A stretch of DNA of 42,495 nucleotides from an uncultured Prolixibacteraceae bacterium (GTDB lineage Bacteria; Bacteroidota; Bacteroidia; Bacteroidales; FEN-979), in NCBI GenBank assembly GCA_964355115.1, contig CAYHCQ010000006.1:1-42495 (forward strand), given 5' to 3'. Below the pieces are notes generated by a model, which had not been told where the DNA came from, made no database searches, and worked only from the letters and a program-made list of their open reading frames with translations. Shown piece after piece: positions 29,186 through 37,303 of this stretch. Each line of letters opens with the position of its first letter. Position 1 is the stretch's first letter. The translations under genes were made by a program, and so were the position numbers.

Positions 29186-30715
29186 TCATTTGCTAAGCAG
29201 ATATGCTTTTACCCGTTGCCTGTAACTATCCACTATTTCGAATCCAACGGATTCACAATAGCCCACACCATCGTTATGCGTGGCTGACAAATCTTCGTAG
29301 TCTACCGGGTTCTCGCTGATAACCTGCAATGACTGTCCGTTAAAGGTGCCGTCGATGAACCAGGGAGTCGCTTTCCCGTTTAAAGACACACCCACACTTG
29401 TAATATTGGCATATTCCCATTCGGAGGGGTACAGGACCTGTGTAGAAGAGGGATCATCAACGATGGCAGGGTGGCCCACAAAATTTTTGAGCATCATCTC
29501 GCCAAAGATGAAGATGGATTCCCATCCGGTTGAACTGGCATTGGGCTTGATATAATAGCCATAACTGAATGGCACGGAGGGTTGCATGTTCCCCAGCTGA
29601 AATGAAGCTCCTGTATAAGCATCCCCCTGTTCGAGGTTAAAATACTGCCAGCTCCAACCGTTGTATGGCTTCACCTCTTCCAGGAAGGGGATTGGGTGAA
29701 CCGCATTGCCGGCATTCTTCAGGCTGTGCATCATCAGCTGGTGGTCCATCCACCCGTTGCCACCTTCAATGGTATAGGTTTTCCCTTCCAGCAGGATCTC
29801 ATTGGAAGCGGTGGTATCCAGCCGAAGCTGAGGCCAGCTGTAATAGATTCCCGGAGAAGGAACTCCAGTAAAACCTGTTCCTGAGAAGGTGGAAGGATTG
29901 GGAGCCCCCTGAAGGAAAAACGCGTTTTGTGATTCCATGCCGGCCCTTGGGATAAGCGGTAGTGAGAACGACATGTTAGTGCCGTCTTTCACTTCCATGA
30001 CGAGGGGCAATACATTCTGGCCTCCTGTCAATTTATCATTGCCGCAATAAAAAGAGAAATCCTGTCCGGGAACACTGAAACCGCCATTGCCCCCCAGGGC
30101 AGGCAACTGCAGGTTTTCGCTCCGGCGGATGATCTTTGTATTTCCGGGGAAATCGATGGTAGCGGTAACCAAACTGACAAACAGCATACAGCCATTATCG
30201 GAAAACCCGTACTTCTTCTGTGTAGTGAGTCCGATGATGCGCTGTTTCTGGATGGAAAGGAGAATACCAATCCTCCCTTTGGCACCCGATGCATCGGTTG
30301 CACCGAGGCTTAAGCCAATGTAATACCATTCAAATCCCATTCGGGCATCCATATGGTGTGCAGCAGGGAACGTCAGTCCCGCATTAGGATCCGGCAACTG
30401 GCAATCCACATCACTTGCCCTGCCCAGAAGGGAATAAATGCATGCCGTATATTTCTCCGGATCATTCACGGATTCGATATTTGCTGCGGACTGATAGATG
30501 AGATCGAAATCAGGGATTTGGAGTGGCCCTCCTGTGGTGGTATCGGTGATCGCCGCCACCGAATCCTTTACCAGCAATAGATGGGATTGAACCGCTTCAG
30601 TGAATTTGTTGTCGGGGGAGGAATCGGGTTTGTTCTTTTTGCATCCCGCCATGATGGTGAAGCAACAGATTAATGCCAGAATCCCTGCTGTTTGAAAACT
30701 TGTGTTACATTTCAT
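29186..30715 (-). CDS. Lipoprotein with AttH/CrtC-like (lipocalin-like) hydrolase domain
   Basis: Lipobox MAGC; FP..H......EWYY, YYS.P.L, G.GWMDHQ, GW.W motifs; reverse TACCTTTG at 30745-30752. Confidence 0.75.
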   Translation of the reverse strand: MKCNTSFQTAGILALICCFTIMAGCKKNKPDSSPDNKFTEAVQSHLLLVKDSVAAITDTTTGGPLQIPDFDLIYQSAANIESVNDPEKYTACIYSLLGRASDVDCQLPDPNAGLTFPAAHHMDARMGFEWYYIGLSLGATDASGAKGRIGILLSIQKQRIIGLTTQKKYGFSDNGCMLFVSLVTATIDFPGNTKIIRRSENLQLPALGGNGGFSVPGQDFSFYCGNDKLTGGQNVLPLVMEVKDGTNMSFSLPLIPRAGMESQNAFFLQGAPNPSTFSGTGFTGVPSPGIYYSWPQLRLDTTASNEILLEGKTYTIEGGNGWMDHQLMMHSLKNAGNAVHPIPFLEEVKPYNGWSWQYFNLEQGDAYTGASFQLGNMQPSVPFSYGYYIKPNASSTGWESIFIFGEMMLKNFVGHPAIVDDPSSTQVLYPSEWEYANITSVGVSLNGKATPWFIDGTFNGQSLQVISENPVDYEDLSATHNDGVGYCESVGFEIVDSYRQRVKAYLLSK

Positions 30716-30811
30716 AGTTGATGGGTTTAACCGCGGAAATATTTCAAAGGTAGTGTTTCCAGGCAGATTTAGGTTGGTTCTTTCTATTAATAAATTCTGT
30801 TGGACTTATAT

Positions 30812-30912
30812 TGCATAAACCGGATAAACTGACCACTTTAACTTTTTTATAACAATGTTTTGGGGCGGTAAAATTAATCGGCGTAATATGGTCAATTTGG
30901 TCAGCGTATGCA
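30812..30912. mobile_element. ~101-bp MITE-like remnant with IS21-like terminal inverted repeats
   Basis: Left TGCATAAACCGGATAAACTGACCA vs reverse complement of right end TGCATACGCTGACCAAATTGACCA (17/24); no clear target duplication. Confidence 0.45.
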
Positions 30913-30933
30913 TTACAGATAGGAAGTCAGATG

Positions 30934-30961
30934 GTTGCAACTTTGTGCTGTAAGGGGAGCC
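30934..30961 (+). repeat. 28-bp site copy (att-like)
   Basis: GTTGCAACTTT GTGCTG TAAGGGGAGCC. Confidence 0.9.
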
Positions 30962-30969
30962 TCGGAATA

Positions 30970-31052
30970 AGTGAAGAGTGAAGAGTGAAGAGTGAAGAGC
31001 TTTTCGTTTTTCACTTTTCTTTTTTCACTCAACTCTTCTCATTATTCACTTT
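30970..31052. repeat. Heptamer tandem repeat (AGTGAAG)x4 followed by degenerate complementary heptamers
   Basis: 30970-30997 perfect x4; TTCACT-type units in 31000-31052 can fold back. Confidence 0.85.
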
Positions 31053-31077
31053 CCGACCCCTGGAAACCTCTGAATGG

Positions 31078-31605
31078 TTATCGTTCAAACAAATTCAGAT
31101 ACTTTTCAAAAATGAAGATGCGGTTTCTCTTGAATCCTGTTTTTTCGGTGAGGATATTGAGTTTCTCAAAGTTCTGAATTAACCGGTTTGCCGTTGAGAT
31201 ATTCACAGCAAGTACTGTCGCCACTTCGGAGGCATCTACGACAGGCTTGGTGTATAAATACCGGATCAGTTGCATTGCAAGCGGAACTGGTTATTCTGAG
31301 TTCTCACGGCGGTTAGGTTGTGGCATTTGCAAATCTTCATTGTTCAATAATTTTTCAAGATCGCTCATCAATCCGGGCACTTCACTGTGATGGGGCGGAA
31401 TATAGGCTGCATCATTCAGCGTAGCGCCCCCAATCCAGTTTTGCGAGGTACGGAACTCACCGGGCAATTTGTATTTCCCCCGGATAAAAAAATCCACATC
31501 AGGAACCTTCATCGAAAAGGCATTCAACTCACCAAGTTTCCTGGTAGCATCATTCAGTAGCCGGTTTACCTTTGCATCGCTTACCAGCCATTCGTGGTTC
31601 ACAGT
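31078..31605 (-). pseudogene. Internally deleted Fic family gene
   Basis: LL..A...LGELN, PGEFR.SQNWIGG, IPP, SDLEK and the C-terminal TG.KRNRIF wHTH are present; the SxxxEG and HPFxDGNGR motifs are missing; split by a stop. Confidence 0.85.
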
Positions 31606-31614
31606 TAAACCATT

Positions 31615-31646
31615 ATCTGCAATTATAAAAATTTATATTTGCAGAT
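31615..31646. promoter_or_regulatory. 32-bp near-perfect palindrome upstream of the Fic pseudogene
   Basis: ATCTGCAATTATAAAAATTTATATTTGCAGAT; 15-bp arms with one mismatch, containing -7-like elements on both strands. Confidence 0.6.
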
Positions 31647-31706
31647 GACTCCTAAATTGTCATATGCGGTTTGAAAACTTTCCACCCCCAGAAAGGAAGT
31701 TGTCGT

Positions 31707-31734
31707 GTTGCAACTTTGAGCATTAAGGGGAGCC
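31707..31734 (+). repeat. 28-bp site copy (att-like)
   Basis: GTTGCAACTTT GAGCAT TAAGGGGAGCC. Confidence 0.92.
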
Positions 31735-31741
31735 ATAGTGG

Positions 31742-31775
31742 ACAGGAGGTCAAAATCGACCTCCTGTTTTTTTTT
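31742..31775 (+). terminator. Intrinsic terminator right after the 28-bp site
   Basis: ACAGGAGGTC-AAAATC-GACCTCCTGT plus T run. Confidence 0.85.
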
Positions 31776-31984
31776 CGACCGCTGGATCCACCCCTACAGA
31801 CAAAATGATGGTTATTCTAAATCAGCCCGTGGGAGGATGATTTGAGTATCTGGTTTTTTAATATATTTGGGATAAATTATGCGTGATTGTAAAACACTAT
31901 GGCAAGCATTTTGAAAATATCAGAAAACTGCGGGAACGTTTGCGAATCTGTGAAACAGGTGCATAGTAATAATACCATAAGGCC

Positions 31985-33226
31985 ATGAAAATTCTTCGTA
32001 TTTTGCTTCCTGCAGTTCTCCTACTGGCGGCAGCCTGTTCTAAAAACAAAAGTAGCGATCCATATGTACCGGTTTCCGATCCCACGCTTGTAACCCTGCA
32101 ATCCATGGTAACCCATTTGGATTCGGCTTACAAAGCAAAATATCCGGGTTTCCCTGGCGGACTTGCGCTGAAAGTCATCACCGGCAGAGGAGAGTGGTTC
32201 GTCTCGTCGGGGATGCCGGGAGGGACTTCCGGGAATGTTTATTTTCGTACAGCTAGCGTGACCAAGACTTTCACAGCCACCGCCATTTTACGGCTTGCCC
32301 AGGAAGGCAGAATTAATCTGAACGACAGGATCACCGATACCATCCCCGGCATGTTGATGACCTATGTCCCCGACGACGAAAACTACGCCATTCCTTACAA
32401 GAACTTTATCACCATCAGGCAGTTGCTGCAAAACAAGGCCGGTGTGTTTGACCTCCCCAACGACGAGATTCCCGATACGGTTTCAGTCCAGGTTCCCTAT
32501 AAAGGTCAGAACTACCTTGACTGGGTCATGTTAAGCGATAAACTTCACACCTTTACATTCGACGAACTGTTAGGGGTTGTTGCAAAATGCCGCCTTTATT
32601 ATTTTTTCCCCGGAACAGGATATCATTATTCGAATACCGGGTTTTCAATTTTGGGAAAGATCATCGAACGTGTTTCGGGCCAGTCATACGGCCAATATGT
32701 CTCGGAACATATATTGCAACCCATGGGATTGGATCACTGCAGTCTGCCCTACCTTGGTAGTGACACAAACCTTCCGGTGCCGTTTGCTCCGGGATATCTT
32801 TATCAGCCCCAGGTAAATGAAGTCACTTACCAGAACATGTCAGCCAATGTGGCAGAAGGGAACCTCATCACCACCCCCGACGATCTTTCGCACTTTGGCC
32901 GCCGGCTTTTCCGGGGTGAGGGCGTACTGAGCTCCTTTACAGTCAATGCGGAAATGCTCAAACCGATGGTTCCGCCCGATACCATGCAAAACTATCTTTG
33001 CGGTGTGGAGGTATTCCGCAACCTGGGATACGGCCATGGAGGGAATCATCCGGGATATAATTCCCTGATGGTCAGCGATCCTGTGAATGATTTCACCTGC
33101 GTAGTGTTCATCAACGCCTGGAATGCATCGCTCCCCGGGGCCACAGGCATCATCGAACAGGTCACGAACATGGTGTATGAGAGCGCTTACCAGGCCCAGC
33201 ACATTGTCCAGGCAGGAAAAAAGTAA
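31985..33226 (+). CDS. Serine hydrolase lipoprotein (beta-lactamase class C / D-Ala-D-Ala peptidase fold)
   Basis: Lipobox AAAC; ASVTK, YSN, GHGG motifs. Confidence 0.9.
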   Translation: MKILRILLPAVLLLAAACSKNKSSDPYVPVSDPTLVTLQSMVTHLDSAYKAKYPGFPGGLALKVITGRGEWFVSSGMPGGTSGNVYFRTASVTKTFTATAILRLAQEGRINLNDRITDTIPGMLMTYVPDDENYAIPYKNFITIRQLLQNKAGVFDLPNDEIPDTVSVQVPYKGQNYLDWVMLSDKLHTFTFDELLGVVAKCRLYYFFPGTGYHYSNTGFSILGKIIERVSGQSYGQYVSEHILQPMGLDHCSLPYLGSDTNLPVPFAPGYLYQPQVNEVTYQNMSANVAEGNLITTPDDLSHFGRRLFRGEGVLSSFTVNAEMLKPMVPPDTMQNYLCGVEVFRNLGYGHGGNHPGYNSLMVSDPVNDFTCVVFINAWNASLPGATGIIEQVTNMVYESAYQAQHIVQAGKK

Positions 33227-33324
33227 CAGCCAAATCCGTTTAAACAGATGGTTGTCTCTTCCGATCGGCCTGGGGTGGTCAATACCGTCGGTTTGTCCAG
33301 ATAAACTGGCTCTTCTTATTTTAT

Positions 33325-34443
33325 TCAGGAAACTAGAATTTTTAAAAGCTCATGGAAGACATGCATCGGATAGGGATATTCACCGTTGAAGAAGATGATG
33401 ATCGTGATGTTTTTCTGAGGATTTCTAGCAGCAAAAGTGTGGTAACCCATACCATCACCGGCATGACCCAGATAATTGTCGCGGAACCTCATAATCCCCA
33501 AGCCATATTCCATGTCTTGGAATATCGGAGAGAAAACCTGCATCTGTTCAAAAAGGGAAGATGAAACCAAACTTCCGGAAGTTAGCTCGTATATCCATTT
33601 CCTCAATTCATTCATGTCGGATATGATAGCACCTGCTGAATAGGCCACTGACATGTTGAATTTCTCAGTAACTTCAAAATATTCATAGTTATCGTCAAAC
33701 ATATATCCATTGGAGTAAGTCTTTTCCTCAGGCATAAATTGCGATTCGGCAAATGATGTATTCCCCATATCCTGGGGTTGGGTTATCCTGCTATGAAGTG
33801 CGTTGCTGTAAGGTGTACCTGTGAGATCTTCGATTAAAATTCCAAGAATGATGAAGTTTGAATTGCTGTATTGAGTTTTTTCGCCAGGCTGAAAATCGGG
33901 TTCGTGCCGTTTTATTGCTGCCAGAAGCTCCTCCCGACTAAAATAATGATTTGGGTCATTATCGAATTCCTGAGCAATAATCGAATCATTGTTTACTTCA
34001 AACAAACCGCTTTGCATGGCGAGCATCTGACGGATAGTGATCTTGTCTCCGTTAGGAATACCAGGAAGGTATTTGCCAATGGTATCTTCCAATCCTATTT
34101 TCCCTTCATCCACCAGTTGCAGCAGCATGACAGCAGTGTATGTTTTGGTCACACTTGCGATTCTGAACAGATCGGCGACCTGCATTGGTCTTTTAATTGA
34201 GAGACTGGAATAACCTTTGGGTTTCAAATATGTGTACCCCATATCCGGAGCCCAGATGCCGATTATCAAACCGGGAAGAGGCACATTTTTCCCGTGGAGC
34301 ATAAGGTCGGTCACCAAAGAGTCGGCCAGCTGGTCTATTTGTGCTGTGTACTTGTCAACATGTTGCACATCTTCTTTCTTCTTGCATCCTGTCAAAATGA
34401 CTAAACAGATCAGAATGACGTTGATCAGGTTGAGTACTTTCAT
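33325..34443 (-). CDS. Serine hydrolase lipoprotein (beta-lactamase family fold)
   Basis: Lipobox LTGC; FRIASVTK, YSNS, GHAG motifs; start MKVLN at 34443. Confidence 0.9.
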   Translation of the reverse strand: MKVLNLINVILICLVILTGCKKKEDVQHVDKYTAQIDQLADSLVTDLMLHGKNVPLPGLIIGIWAPDMGYTYLKPKGYSSLSIKRPMQVADLFRIASVTKTYTAVMLLQLVDEGKIGLEDTIGKYLPGIPNGDKITIRQMLAMQSGLFEVNNDSIIAQEFDNDPNHYFSREELLAAIKRHEPDFQPGEKTQYSNSNFIILGILIEDLTGTPYSNALHSRITQPQDMGNTSFAESQFMPEEKTYSNGYMFDDNYEYFEVTEKFNMSVAYSAGAIISDMNELRKWIYELTSGSLVSSSLFEQMQVFSPIFQDMEYGLGIMRFRDNYLGHAGDGMGYHTFAARNPQKNITIIIFFNGEYPYPMHVFHELLKILVS

Positions 34444-34516
34444 AGTTATGAATTTTGGATACATTAAAATTAATGGTTTAGAGGCAAATACCAAGGTAAA
34501 AAATGAAAGTCTTCAT

Positions 34517-34539
34517 GTTGCAACTTAGAGAGAGAAGCC
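34517..34539 (+). repeat. Degenerate copy of the 28-bp site
   Basis: GTTGCAACTTAGAG..AGAAGCC, intergenic, same orientation as the others. Confidence 0.6.
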
Positions 34540-34591
34540 AAACCCCGATTACCAAGTGTTTCATCAGTGACTTCAGAGTATCTATAATGGG

Positions 34592-35788
34592 TCAGGGGTT
34601 GAAATAGTTTTTCAGGTCGATCTCTTCCCAGCCGGAGTACTCCCTGACTTTGAGCCATATCTTAAGTTCTGAAGGCTGGGCCACGACTGAATAGATCGTC
34701 TTAACCAAGCCTCCCTCGGGAAAGGTCGCCCCTCCCTCCGGAATTGTCTGGTCAAAAATCTGCATCATTTTCTGCGGGGTGATCTCTCCCTTGTATTTCT
34801 CTCCAAGCTTAATCAGGTTCATGCGCCGGGTGCAGGTGTAGCCAATGCCCTCTGTGGTTGTGTCAAAAAAGACGATCGGGTAGTTGTGCCATGAAGGGTC
34901 AATATAGTCGTTGGTAGCAGAGATCAGTCCCTCGCTGTTGCGTGCTGCACAGCGAAATGTTGACCATTCGTAAATGGTGGCGTGCGTCGGAAACGAACCG
35001 TTCATGATCAGTCCGCAGTCTGGAAGGGTGGTATTGAACCAGCGGTCAACTTCCTCGCTCCTGATATTCCGGAAGAGGCTTTCCAGGAGGAGATTGTTTG
35101 CATTCTCGCGCCCCGATGGGTGAAGCGTGTCAGAATTCTCCCCGTTCTGCAATTCCAGGAAAATGCCTTTATTGTTGATGGAGGTCTGGTAAAAGAGGCC
35201 TCCGATATAGTCGATATTGGCAACGGATGCGGGATAATCGGTTGGGTTCCAGACAACGATACTCATATACTTGCTGAACCTCCTCAGGTTTTCAAAAGGC
35301 AGATCGAGGTTTCGGCCTGTTACCGTATGATGATCCGGGGTGTAGTCTCCCCATGCCGACAGACTGCTGCATCCGCTGAAGGCGATATTAAGCAGGGCTT
35401 CCGAAAGAATGTACGTTTGGTCGGGCGTCAGTCCATTGGTCTCAGCCATGCCATCAAGGTAATCCCTGAACATCTGTGAAAAGTCATTGTAGTAAAGCCG
35501 ACCGGCTGCGACCAGTTCGTCATAGGTGATACCCTGCTCACCGATCAGGAAATCAACCACCGACTCCTGATAAAACTCTCCGATCTGCTGCTTCAGCAGA
35601 AGTCCGTATTGACGTCCCATCTGATGAAATGTGCCGTGCAGTTCAGCAATGTAGAAAGAGCCCGAGGGGCTTTTATACAAGCTCCCTCCCTCGAAAGAAT
35701 CCAGTGGTTGAGGGGTAGTGTCGTTTTTTGTGCAGGCTGTCAGGATCACCAGGATCAGCGACATCATTACAAACAGTTTGGTTTTCAT
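34592..35788 (-). CDS. C45 family Ntn-hydrolase (autoproteolytic acyltransferase/peptidase) lipoprotein
   Basis: Lipobox LTAC; MGRQYG, GC|SS nucleophile site, GRNLD, IN..G, TN. Confidence 0.85.
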   Translation of the reverse strand: MKTKLFVMMSLILVILTACTKNDTTPQPLDSFEGGSLYKSPSGSFYIAELHGTFHQMGRQYGLLLKQQIGEFYQESVVDFLIGEQGITYDELVAAGRLYYNDFSQMFRDYLDGMAETNGLTPDQTYILSEALLNIAFSGCSSLSAWGDYTPDHHTVTGRNLDLPFENLRRFSKYMSIVVWNPTDYPASVANIDYIGGLFYQTSINNKGIFLELQNGENSDTLHPSGRENANNLLLESLFRNIRSEEVDRWFNTTLPDCGLIMNGSFPTHATIYEWSTFRCAARNSEGLISATNDYIDPSWHNYPIVFFDTTTEGIGYTCTRRMNLIKLGEKYKGEITPQKMMQIFDQTIPEGGATFPEGGLVKTIYSVVAQPSELKIWLKVREYSGWEEIDLKNYFNP

Positions 35789-35816
35789 TTTGAGTTATTT
35801 TGTAAGTTGAATCAGT

Positions 35817-36000
35817 TCAGTAGTTGTTTCCATGTAAAATATTCATGAACCGCTTGAAGAGGTAATCCGGCTCCGTTTCAAGCAGGCAACAAGCATGATT
35901 CATCATCTGAATAATTGAATATCCCGCTGGTCATGTTGCAGAGCATGGTAATGGTGATGCTGTCTGACCTGGGGTATTCAGGAAAACACTTCGACAATTT
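35817..36000 (-). pseudogene. Collapsed remnant of a third serine hydrolase
   Basis: KLSKCFPEYPRSDSITITMLCNMTSGIFNYSDD joined to a C-terminus EPDYLFKRFMNILHGNNY*. Confidence 0.7.
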
Positions 36001-36081
36001 GGTCTTCAAAACTACTGATTTTCACGTAAAATTATAATAATAAAAAGGAATAATTATAAATATTTCCCTTTTGAGTTCTTG

Positions 36082-36815
36082 TCAAGGAATAAATAATTGG
36101 TTATGCTGCAACTCCACAACTTCTTTATATTTTTGTTTTCCTGCATCAGATAGAAATGACTTATCAACAAGTAACTGCATATCCGCTTTAGCTTCACGAA
36201 ATTCCTTTTCTACTGATAGAAGAATCCTGTCTCTTATATTTAATCTTCTACCTAATTCAAGGAAATCTCCAATTTTATAATTGTATGTGGCAGTTAGTAA
36301 ATTTTGTTTTGTTCTCTCCATTTCTTTGAATAAGTTCATTGCTATTTGTGGGTCATTGATGTGAAGTTTTGTATTCATCAAATCATACGATGGAGACAAT
36401 AACATGTCGCCATCAGATGATTCCAAAAGAGAAAGGTTTTTTAAGTGAACATCTCCATTCCCTGTGAGGAAATTGAACACAAGTATTCTAATAAAACTAA
36501 TCTGATCTGTAGGATTAAGCCGGTTTCCAATATCTTCGTATGTAAACGAATTATACTTGTAAAGTCCGTGGTCGTTTGTGCCTGGAGTGGCCTTTAACAC
36601 AGAAACAAAATCTTCCTGACGCAGTACTTTTCTTTCTTTGTCCCTGTCAAATCTTCTTGTAAGATAAGCTGGCTCACCGTTAGCGAATTTTACAAACCCA
36701 CATTTTGCAGTTGAGATATTGAACAATTGGTCGGCCATAATCATAGTCAAATGTTCATTTGCCGGAGAATCTATGTATAAAGTCCTCCTTGAATCTAAAA
36801 AGGGCTTGATAATGA
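36082..36815 (-). pseudogene. 5'-truncated HipA-like kinase (HipA C-terminal domain)
   Basis: FIIKP...PANEHLTM, YLTRRFDR, QEDF, GNGD.HLKN.S, LSP.YD; N-terminal part replaced by the psd fragment; AT-rich. Confidence 0.8.
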
Positions 36816-37133
36816 ACTCATGTCGATATCCAATTCTTCAATAAATGGTTGGATTTTTTTGACCGATGAAGGACGATCCATCCTGTTGCCATAAAGAGAC
36901 GAAACCACCTTTCTTTTGGCCAGCGCCCACAATGTTGCTTCGCCAACCGGATTATTATACAGCCACACCAACCACTTTTCGCCAGCCACTTTTTCCGTTT
37001 TTATCAAGCCGCTTTGCCTGTCGTAATACCGGATGGGATTTTGCGGCGGCAACGGATAAAAAGCCATTATGGCAATGACAGCAGACAATAGCAAAATGAG
37101 GCCCCACCTCTTTTTAGTTTTTGAAATGTTCAT
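36816..37133 (-). pseudogene. 5' fragment of a second psd copy
   Basis: Collinear with 25193-25510 with scattered substitutions; fused out of frame to hipA. Confidence 0.9.
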
Positions 37134-37303
37134 CTGTTATTATTTGTTTTTAATGAGACAGATGGAATAGTCATGTTTGCTTTGTTTGCCTTGAATAGCA
37201 AATATAATGGACAAAACGGATCATATGTATTTTTAAATAGATTTAGTATCTTTGGTATATTAATTTGTTAATATACCATGAACATTACAAAAATTGTCGT
37301 CTT

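Noticed and set aside
30985-31182. Phe/Ser-rich ORFs
   Set aside because: Translations of the heptamer repeat and of the antisense strand of the Fic remnant.
24398-31734. Repeats as classical integron attC sites
   Set aside because: No RYYYAAC...GTTRRRY long imperfect hairpin, no intI, and the cargo genes have their own promoters and mixed orientation.
31985-34443. Calling the serine hydrolases antibiotic-resistance beta-lactamases
   Set aside because: SxxK/YxN/HxG motifs are shared with esterases and D-peptidases; activity cannot be inferred.
22761-34540. 28-bp repeats as a CRISPR array
   Set aside because: Spacing is 0.7-4.6 kb with whole genes between copies, and there are no cas genes.
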